Shown here piece by piece: positions 25,701-39,477 of a DNA stretch of 64,000 bases (position 1 is its first letter; each line of letters begins with the position of its first letter). Source of the DNA: Nitrospirales bacterium (GTDB lineage: Bacteria > Nitrospirota > Nitrospiria > Nitrospirales > UBA8639); assembly GCA_965203295.1 (NCBI GenBank), contig CBDBCZ010000015.1, forward strand, positions 1,120,001 through 1,184,000, read 5' to 3'. Under the pieces are notes generated by a model, which did no database searches, was not told the origin of the DNA, and saw only the letters and a program-made list of their open reading frames with translations. The position numbers and the translations under genes are program-made.

Positions 25701-28700
25701 TAGTTTGGTTGATGTTAGTCTGAAGATTAGGAAGGAAGGATTTTATTGAAAATTGTTAGTTTTGTTTGTTTCTGGCAAAGACTTTAAGCCAAAGTAACGA
25801 GCTATTATTGATCTTACCCTTCCCAACTGTTTAGGAAAAGAATTGGTTATGCAAAGGCTTGTTTAGTTTGAATGATGTTAGTCAGATACAATACATGCTT
25901 AGGAAGTATCGATGCTCAAGAAAGGAACTGGTAATTCAAAGGCTTGTTTAGTTTGGTTGATGTTAGTCTGCAGATTAGGAAAGAAGTATTTTATAGAAAA
26001 TCGTTAGTTTTGTTGGTCTCTAGCAAAGACTTTTAGCCAAAGTAACTAGCTACCATTCATCTGACCCTTCCCAACTGTTTGGGAAAAGAACTGGTTATTC
26101 AAAGGCTTGATTAGTTTTAATGATGTTAGTCGGATACAATACATGTTTAGGAAGTATCGATGTTCAAGAAAGGAACTGGTTATTCAAAGGCTTGTTAGTT
26201 TGCTTGATGTTAGTCTGCAGATTAGGAAAGAAGTATTTTATAGAAAATCGTTAGTTTTGTTGGTCTCTAGCAAAGACTTTAAGCCAAAGTAACTAGCTAC
26301 CATTGATTAGGAAAGAAGGATTTTATTGAAAATTGTTAGTTTTGTTGGTCTCTAGCAAAGACTTTAAGCCAAAGTAACTAGCTACCATTGATCTGACCCT
26401 TCCCAACTGTTTAGGAAAAGAACTTGTTATTCAAAAACTTGTTTAGTTTGAATGATGTTAGTGAAATACAATACATCCTTAGAAAGTATCGATGTTCAAG
26501 AAAGGAACTGGTTATTCAAAGGCTTGTTTAGTTTAGTTGATGTTAGTCTGAAGATTAGGAAAGGAGGATTTTTATTGAAAATTGTTATTTTGTTTGTCTC
26601 AGGTAAAGACTTTCAGCCAAAGTATCTAGCTACCATTTATCTGACCCCTCCCAACTGTCTTGGAAAGGAACTGGTTTATGATTCAATCATTTGTTTAGTT
26701 TAAATGATGTTTGTCAGGTACAATACATACATGCTTAGAAAGTAAGGGTTTTCACTAATAATTGGTACAATTTTAGCTTTATTGGTCTCAGGAAACTTTC
26801 AGTCAAAACAACTAGCTACCATTGATCTGACCCTTCCCAACTGTCTAGGAAAGTAATTGGTTTAAGATTTAATAGCTTGTTTAGTTTGAATGATGTTAGT
26901 CAGATACAATACATGCTTAGGAAGTATCGATGTTCAAGACCGGAACTGGTTATTAAAAGGCTTGTTTAGTTTGGTTGATGTTAGTCTGAAGATTAGGAAA
27001 GAAGGATTTCAGTGTCTCTGGCAAAGACTTTAAGGCAAAGTCAGTAGCTACCATTGATCTGACCCTTCCCAACTGTTTAGAAAAAGAACTGGTTATTCAA
27101 AGGCTTGTTTAGTTTGAATGATGTTATTCAGATACAATACACGCTTAGGAAGTATCGATGTTCAAGAAAGGAACTTGTTATTCAAGGGCTTGTTTAGTTT
27201 CGTTGGTGTTAGTCTAAAGATTAGGAAAGAAGGATTTTAATGAAAATTATTAGTTTTGTTGGTCTCTAGCAAAGACTTTAAGCCAAAGTTACTAGCTACC
27301 TTTGATCTGACCCTTCCCAACTGTTTAGAAAAAGTGCTGGTTATTCAAAAGCTTGTTTAGTTTGAATGATGTTAGTCTGAAGATCAGGAAAGAAGGATTT
27401 TATTGAAAATTGTTAGTTTTGTTGGTCTCTAGCAAAGACTTTCAGCCAAAGTAACTAGCTACCATTGATCAAACCCTTCACAACTGTTTTGGAAAAGAAC
27501 TGGTTATTCAAAGACTTGTTTAGTTTGAATAATGTTAGTCTGAAGATTAGGAAAGAAGGATTTTATTGAAAATTGTTAATTTTGTTGGTCTCTAGCAAAG
27601 ACTTTAAGCCAAAGTCACTAGCTACCATTGATCTGACCCTTCCCAACTGTTTAGAAAAAGAGCTCGTTATACAAAGGCTTGTTTTGTTTGAATGATATTA
27701 GTCAGATAAAATACATGCTTAGGAAGTATCAATGCTCAAGTAAGGAACTGGTTATTCAAAGGCTTGTTTAGTTTGCTTGATGTTAGTCTGCAGATTAGGA
27801 AAGAAGTATTTTATAGAAAATCGTTTTTTTTTTTGGTCTCTAGCAAAGACTTTTAGCCAAAGTAACTACCTACCATTCATCTGACCCTTCCCAACTGTTT
27901 AGGAAAACAACTGGTTATTCAAAGGCTTGATTTGTTTTAATGATGATAGTCGGATACAATACATGTTTAGGAAGTATCGATGTTCAAGAAAGGAACTGGT
28001 TATTCAAAGGCTTGTTTAGTTTGGTTGATGTTTGTCTGAAGATTAGGAAAGAAGGATTTTATGGAAAATTGTTAGTTTTGTTGGTCTCTAGCAATGACTT
28101 TAAGCCGAAGTAACTAGCTACCATTGATCTGACCCTTCCCAACTGTTTAGAAAAAGAACTGGTTATTCAAAGGCTTGTTTAGTTTTGTTGATGTTAGTCA
28201 AATACAATACTTGCCTAGGAAGTATCGATGTTCAAGAAAGGAACTTGTTATTCAAAGGCTTGTTTAGTTTGGTTGATGTTAGTCTGAAGATTATGAAAGA
28301 AGGATTTATTGAAAATTGTTAGTTTTGTTGGTCTCAGGCAAAGACTTTCAGCCAAAGTAACTGGCTACCATTGATCTGACCCTTCCCAACTATTTAGAAA
28401 AAGAACTTGTTATTCAAAGGCTTGCTTAGTTTGAATGATGTTAGTCAGATACAATACATGCTTAGGAAGTATCGATGTTCAAGAAAGGAATCGGTTATTC
28501 AAATGCTTATTTAGTTTGCTTGATGTTAGTCTGCAGATTATGAAAGAAGTATTTTATAGAAAATCGTTTGTTTTGTTCGTCTCTAGCAAAGACTTTGAGT
28601 CAAAGTAACTAGCTACCATTGATCTGACCCTTCCCAACTGTTTAGGAAAAGAACAGGTTATTCAAAGGCTTGATTAGTTTTAATGATGTTAGTCGGATAC

Positions 28701-31700
28701 AATACATGTTTAGGAAGTGTCGATGTTCAAGAAAGGAACTGGTTTTTCAAAGGCTTGTTTAGTTTGGTTGATGTTAGTCTTAAGATTAGGAAAGAAGGAT
28801 TTTATTGAAAATTGATTGTTTTGTTGGTCTCAGGCAAAGACTTTCAGCCAAAGTAACTAGCTACCATTGATCTGACCCTTCCTAACTGTTTAGGAAAAGA
28901 ACTAGTTATTCAAAGAAGGCTTGTTTAGTTGGAATGATGTTAGTCTGAAGATTAGGAAAGAAGAATTTTAGTGAAAATTGTTAGTTTTGTTGGTCTCTAG
29001 CAAAGACTTTAAGCCAAAGTAACTATCTACAATTTATCTGACCCTTTCCAACTGTTTAGAAAAAGAACTGGTTATTCAAAGGCCTGTTTAGTTTTGTTGA
29101 TGTTAGCCTGAAGATTAGGAAAGAAGGATTTTATTGAAAATTGTTAGTTTTGTTGGTCTCTAGCAAAGACTTTAAGCCAAAGTAACTAGATACCATTTAT
29201 CTGACCCTTCCGAACTATTTAGAAAATGAGCTGGTTATTTAAAGGCTTGTTTTTTTTGAATGATATTAGTCAGATTCAATACATGCTTAGGAAGTATCAA
29301 TGTTCAAGAAAATAGAACTTGTTATTGAAAGGCTTGTTCAGTTTGGTTGATGTTAGTCTGAAGATTAGGAAAGAAGGATATATTAAAAATTGTTAGTTTT
29401 GTTGGTCTTTAGCAAAGACTTTAAGCCAAAGTAACTAGCTACCATTTATCTGACCCTTCCCAACTGTTTAGAAAATGAACTGGTTATTCAAAGGCCTGTT
29501 TAGTTTGAATGATGTTAGTCAGATACTATACACGCTTAGGAAGTATCGATGTTCAAGAAAGGAACTGGTTATTCAAAGGCTTGTTTAGTTTGGTTGATGT
29601 TAGTCTGCAGATTAGGAAAGAAGTATTTTATAGAAAATCGTTAGTTTTGTTGGTCTCTAGGAAAGACTTTGAGCCAAAGTAACTAGCTACCATTGATCTG
29701 ACCCTTCCCAACTGTTTAGGAAAAGAACTTGTTATTCAAAGGCTTGTTTAGTTTAAATGATGTTAGTCAGATACAATACATGCTCAGGAAGTATCGATGT
29801 TCAAGAAAGGAACTGGTTATTCAAAGGCTTGTTTAGTTTGCTTGATGTTAGTCTGCAGATTAGGAAAGAAGTATTTTATATAAAATTGTTAGTTTTGTTG
29901 GTCTCTATAAAAGACTTTAAGCAAAAGTAACTAGCTACCATTTATCTGACCCTTCCCAACTGTTTAGAAAAAGAACTGGTTATTCAAAGGCCTGTTTAGT
30001 TTTGTTGATGTTAGCCTGAAGATTAGGAAAGAAGGATTTTATTGAAAATTGTTAGTTTTGTTGGTCTCTAGCAAAGACTTTAAGCCAAAGTTACTAGCTA
30101 CCATTGATCTGACCCTTCCGAACTATTTAGAAAATGAACTGGTTATTCAAAGGCTTGTTTTGTTTGAATGATATTTGTCAGATACAATACATGCTTAGGA
30201 AGTATCAATGTTCAAGAAAGGAACTGGTTATTCAAAGGCTTGTTTAGTTTGCTTGATGTTAGTCTGCAGATTAGGAAAGAAGTATTTTATAGAAAATCGT
30301 TATTTTTTTTGGTCTCTAGGAAAGACTTTGAGCCAAAGTAACTAGCTACCATTGATCTGACCATTCCCAACTGTTTAGGAAAAGAACTGGTTATTCAAAG
30401 GCTTGTTTAGTTTGAATGATGTTAGTCTGAAGATTAGGAAAGAAGGATTTTATTGAAAATTGTTAGTTTTTTTGATCTCTAGCAAAGACTTTAAGCCAAA
30501 GTAACTAGCTACCATTTATCTGACCCTTCCGAACTGTTTAGAAAAAGAACTGGTTATTCAAAGGCCTGTTTAGTTTTGTTGACGTTAGCCTGAAGATTAG
30601 GAAAGAAGGATTTTATTGAAAATTGTTAGTTTTGTTGATCTCTAGCAAAGACTTTAAGCCAAAGTCACTAGCTACCATTGATCTGATCCTTCCCAACTGT
30701 TTAGAAAAAGAGCTGGTTATTCAAAGGCTTATTTAGTTGGAATGATATTAGTCAGATACAATACATGCTTAGGAAATATCAATGCTCAAGAAAGGAACTG
30801 GTTATTCAAAGGCTTGTTTAGTTTGGTTGATGTTAGTCTGAAGATTAGGAAAGAAGGATTTTTTAGAAAATGGTTAGTTTTGTTGGTCTCAGGCAAAGAC
30901 TTTCAGCCAAAGTAACTGGCTACCATTGATCTGACCCTTCCCAACTGTTTTGGAAAAGAACTGGTTATTCAAAGGCTTATTTAGTTTGAATGATGTTAGT
31001 CATATACAATACACGCTTAGGAAGTATCTATTTTCAAGAAAAGAACTTGTTATTCAAAGGCTTGTTTAGTTTGGTGGATGTTAGTCTGAAGATTAGGAAA
31101 GAAGGATTTTATTGAAAATTGTTAGTTTTGTTCATCTCAGGCAAAGACTTTCAGCCAAAGTAAATGGCTACCATTGATCTGACCCTTCCCAACTTTTTAG
31201 GAAAAGAACCTGTTATTCAAAGGCTTGTTTAGTTTGAATGATGTTAGTCAGATACAATACATGCTTAGGAAGTATCGATGTTCAAGAAAGGAACTGGTTA
31301 TTCAAAGGCTTGTTTAGTTTAAATGATGTTGGTCGGATACAATACATGCTTAGGAAGTATCGATGTTCAAGAAAGGAACTTGTTATTCAAAGGCTTGTTT
31401 AGTTTGATTGATGTTAGTATAAGATTAGAAAAGAAGGATTTATTTAAAATTGTTAGTTTTTTGGCCTCTAGCAAAGACTTTAAGCCAAAGTAACAAGCAA
31501 CCATTGATCTGACCCTCCCAACTGTTTAGGAAAAGAACTGGTTATGCAAAGGCTTGTTTAGTTTGAATGATGTTAGTCAGATACAATACATGCTTAGGAA
31601 GTATCGATGTTCAAGAAAGGAACTGGTTATTCAAAGGCTGGTTTAGTTTGGTTGATGTTAGTCTGAAGATTAGGAAAGAAGAATTTTACTCAAAAATTGT

Positions 31701-34700
31701 TATTTTTTTGTCTCTGGCAAAGACTTTAAGCCAATGTAAGTAGCTACCATTGATCTGACCTTTCCCAACTGTTTAGGAAACGAACTTGTTATTCAAAGGC
31801 TTGTTTAGTTTGAATGATGTTAGTCAGATACAATACATGCTTTGGAAGTATCTATGTTCAAGAAAGGAACTTGTTATTCAAAGGCTTGTTTAGTTCGGTT
31901 GATGTTAGTCTGAAGATTAGGAAAGAAGGATTTTATTGAAAATTGTTAGTTTTGTTGGTCTCAGGCAAAGACTTTCAACCAAAGTATCTGGCTACCATTG
32001 ATCTGACCCTTCCCAAATGTTTAGGAAAAGAACCTGTTATTCAAAGGCTTGTTTAGTTTGAATGATGTTAGTCAGATACAATACATGCTTAGGAAGTATC
32101 GATGATCAAGAAAGGAACTGGTTATTCAAAGGCTTGTTTAGTTTGCTTGATGTTAGTCTGCAGATTAGGAAAGAAGTATTTTATAGAAAATCGTTAGTTT
32201 TGTTGGTCTCTAGCAAAGCCTTTGAGCAAAAGTAACTAGCTACCATTGATCTGACCCTTCCCAACTGTTTAGGAAAAGAACTGGTTTTTCAAAGGCTTGT
32301 TTAGTTTAAATGATGTTAGTCGGATTCAATACATGCTTAAGAAGTATCAATGTTCAAGAAAGGAACTGGTTATTCAAAGGCTTGTTTAATTTGGTTGATG
32401 TTAGTCTGAAGATTAGGAAAGAAGGATTTTATGGAAAATTGTTAGTTTTGTTGGTCTCTAGCAATGACTTTAAGCCGAAGTAACTAGCTACCATTGATCT
32501 GACCCTTCCCAACTGTTTAGAAAAAGAACTGGTTATTCAAAGGCTTGTTTAGTTTGGTTGATGTTAGTCTTAAGATTAGGAAAGAAGGATTTTATTGAAA
32601 ATTGTTAGTTTTGTTGGTCTCTAGCAAAAACTTTAAGCCAAAGTAACTAGCTACCATTTATCTGACCCTTCCCAACTGTTTAGAAAAAGAACTGGTTATT
32701 CAAAGGCCTGTTTAGTTTCGTTGATTTTAGCCTGAAGATTAAGAAAGAAGGATTTTATTTATAATTGTTAATTTTGTTGGTCTCTTGCAAAGACTTTAAG
32801 CCAATGTAACTGGCTACCATTGATCTGATCCTTCCCAACTATTTAGAAAAAGAGCTGGTTATTTAAAGGCTTGTTTGGTTTGAATGATATTAGTCCGATA
32901 CAATACATGCTTAGGAAGTATCAATGTTCAAGAAAGGAACTGGTTATTCAAAGGCTTGTTTAGTTTTCTTGATGTTAGTCTGAAGATTAGGAAAGAAGGA
33001 TTTTATTGAAAATTGTTAGTTTTTTTGGGTCTCAGGCAAATACTTTTAGCCAAAGTAACTGGCTACCATTGATCTGACCCTTCCCAACTATTTAGAAAAA
33101 GAACTTGTTATTCAAAGGCTTGCTTAGTTTGAATGATGTTAGTCAGATACAATACATGCTTAGGAAGTATCGATGTTCAAGAAAGGAATTGGTTATTCAA
33201 ATGCTTATTTAGTTTACTTGATGTAAGTCTGCAGATTATGAAAGAAGTATTTTATAGAAAATCGTTAGTTTTGTTGGTCTCTAGCAAAGACTTTGAGCCA
33301 AAGTAACTAGCTACCACTGATCTGACCCTTCCCAACTGTTTAGGAAAAGAACAGGTTATTCAAAGGCTTGATTAGTTTTAATGATGTTAGTCGGATACAA
33401 TACATGTTTAGGAAGTGTCGATGTTCAAGAAAGGAACTGGTTATTCAAAGGCTTGTTTAGTTTGAATGATATTAGTCAGATACAATACATGCTTAGGAAG
33501 TATCAATATTCAAGAAAGGAACTGGTTATTCAAAGGCTTGTTTAGTTTGGTTGATGTTAGTCTGAAGATTAGGAAAGAAGGATTTTATTGAAAATTGTTA
33601 GTTTTGTTGGTCTCAGGCAAAGACTTTCAGCAAAAGTAACTAGCTACCATTGATCTGACCCTTCCTAACTGTTTAGGAAAAGAACTGGTTATTCAAAGGC
33701 TGGTTTAGTTTGAATGATGTTAGTCTGAAGATTATGAAAGAAGGATTTTATTGAAAATTGTTAGTTTTGTTGGTCTCTAGCAAAGACTTTAAGCCAAAGT
33801 AACTAGCTACCATTTATCTGACCCTTCCCAACTGTTTAGAAAAGAACTGGTTATTCAAAGGCCTGTTTAGTTTTGTTTATGTTAGCCTGAAGATTAGGAA
33901 AGAAGGATTTTATTGAAAATTGTTAGTTTTGTTGGTCTCTTGCAATAACTTTAATTAAGCCAAAGTTACTAGCTACCATTGATCTGACCTTTCCGAACTC
34001 TTTAGAAAAAGAGCTGGTTATTCAAAGGCTTGTTTTGTTTTAATGATATTAGTCAGATACAATACATGCTTAGGAAGTATCAATGTTCAAGAAAGGAACT
34101 GGTTATTCAAAGGCTTGTTTAGTTTGGTTGATGTTAGTCTTAAGATTAGGAAAGAAGGATTTTATTTAAAATTTTTAATTTTGTTGGTCTCAGGCAAAGA
34201 CTTTCAGCCAAAGTAACTGACTACCATTGATCTGACCTTTCCCAACTGTTTAGGAAAACAACTGGTTATTCAAAGGCTTGTTTAGTTTGAATGATGTTAG
34301 TCAGATACAATACATGCTTAGGAAGTATCGATGTTCAAGAAAGGAACTGGTTATTCAAAGGCTTGTTTAGTTTGCTTGATGTTAGTCTGCAGATTAGGAA
34401 AGAAGTATTTTATAGAAAATCGTTAGTTTTGTTGGTCTCTAGCAAAGACTTTTAGCCAAAGTAACTAGCTACCATTGATCTGACCCTTCCCAACTGTTTA
34501 GGAAAAGAACCAGTTATTCAAAGGCTTGATTAGTTTTAATGATGTTAATCGGATACAATACATGTTTAGGAAGTGTCGATGTTCAAAAAAGGAACTGGTT
34601 ATTCAAAGGCTTGTTTAGTTTGGTTGATGTTAGTCTGAAGATTAGGAAAGAAGGATTTTATTGAAAATTGTTAGTTTTGTTGGTCTCAGGCAAAGACTTT

Positions 34701-37700
34701 CAGCAAAAGTAACTAGCTACCATTGATCTGACCCTTCCTAACTGTTTAGGAAAAGAACTGGTTATTCAAAGGCTTGTTTAGTTTGAATGATGTTAGTCTG
34801 AAGATAAGGAAAGAAGGATTTTATTGAAAATTGTTCGTTTTGTTGGTCTCTAGCAAAGACTTTAAGCCAATGTAACTAGCTACCATTTATCTGACCTTTC
34901 CCAACTGTTTAGAAAAAGAACTAGTTATTCAAAGGGCTGTTTAGTTTTGTTGATGTTAGCCTGAAGATTAGGAAAGAAGGATTTTATTGAAAATTGTTAG
35001 TTTTGTTGGTCTCTTGCAATGACTTTAATTAAGCCAAAGTTACTAGCTACCATTAATCTGACCTTTCCGAACTATTTAGAAAAAGTGCTGGTTATTCAAA
35101 GGCTTGTTTTGTTTGAATGATATTAGTCAGATACAATACATGCTTAGGAAGTATCAATGTTCAAGAAAGGAACTGGTTATTCAAAAGCTTGTTTAGTTTG
35201 GTTGATGTTAGTCTGAAGATTAGGAAAGAAGAATTTTATTGAAAATTGTTAGTTTTGTTGGTCTCTAGCAAAGACTTTAAGCCAAAGTAACTTGCTACCA
35301 TTTATCTGACCCTTCCCAACTGTTTAGAAAAAGAGCTGGTTATTCAAAGGCCTGTTTAGTTTTGTTGATGTTAGCCTGAAGATTAGGAAAGAAGGATTTT
35401 ATTGAAAATTGTTAGTTTTGTTGGTCTCAGGCAAAGACTTTCAGCCAATGTAACTGGCTACCATTGATCTGACCCTTTCCAACTGTTTTGGATAAGAACT
35501 GGTTATTCAAAGGCTTGTTTAGTTTGGTCAGATACAATACATGCTTAGGAAGTATCGATGTTCAAGAAAGAAACTGTTTATTCAAAGGCTTGTTTAGTTT
35601 GATTGATGTTAGTCTGAAGATTAGGATAGAAGGATTTTATTGAAAATCGTTAGTTTTGTTGGTCTCTAGCAAAGACTTTGAGCCAAAGTAACTAGCTATT
35701 ATTGATCTGACCCTTACCAGCTGTTTAGGAAAAGAACTGGTTATTCTAAGGCTTGATTAGTTTTAATGATGTTAGTCGGATACAATACATGTTTAGGAAG
35801 TATCGATGTTTAAAAAAGGAACTGGTTATTCTAAGGCTTGTTTAGTTTGAATGATGTTAGTCTGAAGATTAGGAAAGAAGGATTTTATTGAAAATTGTTA
35901 GTTTTGTTGGTCTCTAGCAAAGACTTTAAGCCAAAGTAACTAGCTACCATTTATCTGACCCTTCCTAACTGTTAAGAAAAAGAACTGGTTATTCAAAGGC
36001 CTGTTTAGTTTTGTTGATGTTAGCCTGAAGATTAGGAAAGAAGGATTTTATTGAAAATTTTTAGTTTGGTTGGTCTCTAGCAAAGACTTTAAGCCAAAGT
36101 TACTAGCTACCATTGATCTGACCCTTCCGAACTATTTAGAAAATGAGCTGGTTATTCAAAGGCTTGTTTTGTTTGAATGATATTAGTCAGATACAATACA
36201 TGCTTAGGAAGTATCAATATTCAAGAAAGGAACTGGTTATTCAAAGGCTTGTTTAGTTTGGTTGATGTTTGTCTGAAGATTAGGAGAGAAGGATTTTATT
36301 TAAAATTGTTAGTTTTGTTGGTCTCAGGCAAAGACTTTCCGCCATAGTAACTGACTACCATTGTTCTGACCCTTCCCAACTGTTTAGGAAAACAACTGGT
36401 TATTCAAAGGCTTGTTTAGTTTGAATGATGTTAGTCAGATACAATACATTCTTAGGAAGTATCGATGTTCAAGAAAGGAACTGGTTTTTCAAAGGCTTGT
36501 TTAGTTTGCTTGATGTTAGTCTGCAGATTAGGAAAGAAGTATTTTATAGAAAATCGTTAGTTTTGTTGGTCTCTAGCAAAGACTTTGAGCCAAAGTAACT
36601 AGCTACCATTGATCTGACCCTTCCCAACTGTTTAGGAAAAGAACCTGTTATTCAAAGGCTTGATTAGTTTTAATGATGTTAATCGGATACAATACATGTT
36701 TAGGAAGTGTCGATGTTCAAGAAAGGAACTGGTTATTCAAAGGCTTGTTTAGTTTGGTTGATGTTAGTCTTAAGATTAGGAAAGAAGGATTTTATTGAAA
36801 ATTGTTAGTTTTGTTGGTCTCAGGCAAAGACTTTCAGCAAAAGTAACTAGCTACCATTGATCTGACCCTTCTTAACTGTTTAGGAAAAGAACTGGTTATT
36901 CAAAGGCTTATTTAGTTTGAATGATGTTAGTCTGAAGATTAGGAAAGAAGGATTTTATTGAAAATTGTTAGTTTTGTTGGTCTCAGGCAGAGACTTTTAG
37001 CCAAAGTAACTGGCTACCATTGATCTGACCCTTCCCAACTGTTTAGGAAAAGAACCTGTTATTCAAAGGCTTGATTAGTTTTAATGATGTTAATCGGATA
37101 CAATACATGTTTAGGAAGTGTCGATGTTCAAGCAAGGAACTGGTTATTCAAAGGCTTGTTTAGTTTGGTTGATGTTAGTCTTAAGATTAGGAAAGAAGGA
37201 TTTTATTGAAAATTGTTAGTTTTGTTGGTCTCAGGCAAAGACTTTCAGCAAAAGTAACTAGCTACCATTGATCTGACCCTTCCTAACTGTTTAGGAAAAG
37301 AACTGGTTATTCAAAGGCTTATTTAGTTTGAATGATGTTAGTCTGAAGATTAGGAAAGAAGGATTTTATATAAAATTGTTAGTTTTGTTGGTCTCAGGCA
37401 GAGACTTTTAGCCAAAGTAACTGGCTACCATTGATCTGACCCTTCCCTGCTGTTTAGGAAAAGAACTGGTTATTCAAAGGCTTGATTAGTTTAAATGATG
37501 TTTGTCGGATACAATACATGTTTAGGAAGTGGCGATGTTCAAGAAAGGAACTGGTTATTCAAAGGCTTGTTTAGTTTGGTTGATGTTAGTCTGAAGATTA
37601 GGAAAGAAGGATTTTATTGAAAATTGTTAGTTTTGTTGGTCTCAGGCAAAGACTTTCAGCAAAAGTAACTAGCTACCATTGATCTGACCCTTCCTAACTG

Positions 37701-37794
37701 TTTAGGAAAAGAACTGGTTATTCAAAGGCTTGTTTAGTTTGAATGATGTTAGTCTGAAGATTAGGAAAGAAGGATTTTATCGAAAATTGTTAGT
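16772..37794. repeat. Satellite array, block 2
   Basis: Same A/B modules in the same orientation. Includes a 911-bp x3 higher-order repeat and a D-type patch at ~26640-26880. Confidence 0.98.
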
Positions 37795-38508
37795 ATAGGT
37801 TAGAAACCGGATGCGAGTCACTACGAGGTTTTAGAAACCGAGGGGGAGGGGCGTGAATGTTGCAATAGTGACCGAGGCGAAGCCGAGGTTACTATTGCAA
37901 CATTCTCGCCCCGACCACGAGGTTTCAAAACCGAGTAGTGACTCGCATCGGTCTCTAACCGGCTTAGAGCATGAGTGTAGAGAATGGAGACAGTCTGTCT
38001 ATCCTTGCTAGTTCGTGGGATCCACCGCGAGGTTGTTTTTGCCCGTCTGAGTTTGATCTTGCCATGACAAGCCTCCAGAACTGCCCCAAGGCGTCACAGT
38101 TGTGATTTCTCGCCGTTTGTACAGCTACCTCAAGTTGTCCTAACTACAGCGATATTGTTTTCGCGCCTCTGTCACTGGCAGACATCCAGCTAGTACTATG
38201 ATGGCCAAGTAAGCAGCAACAACCGCAGCACTTACCCACTCCATTAGCTTTCTACCCGCTGTGTAAACGGCTTTGTATATGAATGCTAAGCTTATTTCTG
38301 TTAGCTTTATGCTACATGTAGTACAATTCAGCATTTGTGCACGGCAGATGTTCATGATTCATATAAGGCTTCCCAGGTCTCTAACTGGAGACCGCAGGTC
38401 ACTAACTGGAGACATAGTGACCTGCCACTTAGTGACCTGCTGACTACGCTACTACGTGGTTTAGGCGACTCATTACATCAAAAGGAATTATTCATATCAT
38501 GCTCTAAG
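37795..38508. mobile_element. Non-autonomous Crypton-like (CryptonA/Eulor-type) element
   Basis: Terminal ~163-nt imperfect hairpin at 37798-37960 with apex ccgaggcgaagccgagg. Asymmetric inverted repeat cttagagcatga (37963-74) / tcatgctctaag (38497-508). Inserted in satellite ttag|ttttgttgg with no clear TSD. Family call is from recalled architecture. Confidence 0.7.
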
Positions 38509-39477
38509 TTTTGTTGGTCTATAGGAAAGACTAAGCCAAAGTAACTAGCTACCATTTATCTGACCCTTCCCAACTGTTTAGAAAAAGAACTGGTTATTCA
38601 AAGGCCTGTTTAGTTTTGTTGATGTTAGCCTGAAGATTAGGAAAGAAGGATTTTATTGAAAATTGTTAGTTTTGTTGGTCTCTTGAAATGACTTTAATTA
38701 AGCCAAAGTTACTAGCTACCATTGATCTGACCTTTCCGAACTATTTAGAAAAAGTGCTGGTTTTTCAAAGGCTTGTTTTGTTTGAATGATATTAGTCAGA
38801 TACAATACATGCTTAGGAAGTATCAATGTTCAAGAAAGGAACTGGTTATTCAAAGGCTTGTTTAGTTTGCTTGATGTTAGTCTGAAGATTAGGAAAGGAG
38901 GATTTTATTGAAAATTGTTAGTTTTGTTGGTCTCTAGCAAAGACTTTAAGCCAAAGTAACTTGCTACCATTTATCTGACCCTTCCCAACTGTTTAGAAAA
39001 AGAGCTGGTTATTCAAAGGCTTGTTTAGTTTGAATGATATTAGTCAGATACAATACATGCTTAGGAAGTATCAATATTCAAGAAAGGAACTGGTTATTCA
39101 AAGGCTTGTTTAGTTTGGTTGATGTTAGTCTGAAGATTAGGAAAGAAGGATTTTATTGAAAATTGTTAGTTTTGTTGGTCTCAGGCAAAGACTTTCAGCC
39201 AAAGTAACTTGCTACCATTTATCTGACCCTTCCCAACTGTTTAGAAAAAGAGCTGGTTATTCAAAGGCTTGCTTTGTTTGAATGATGTTAGTCTGAAGAT
39301 TACGAAAGAAAGATTTTATTGAAAATTGTTAGTTTTGTTGGTCTCTAGCAAAGACTTTAAGCCAAAGTAACTAGCTACCATTTATCTGACCTTTCCCAAC
39401 TGTTTAGAAAAAGAACTAGTTATTCAAAGGGCTGTTTAGTTTTGTTGATGTTTGCCTGAAGATTAGGAAAGATGGAT
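38509..39477. repeat. Satellite array, block 3
   Basis: A/B modules between the two insertions. Confidence 0.97.
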
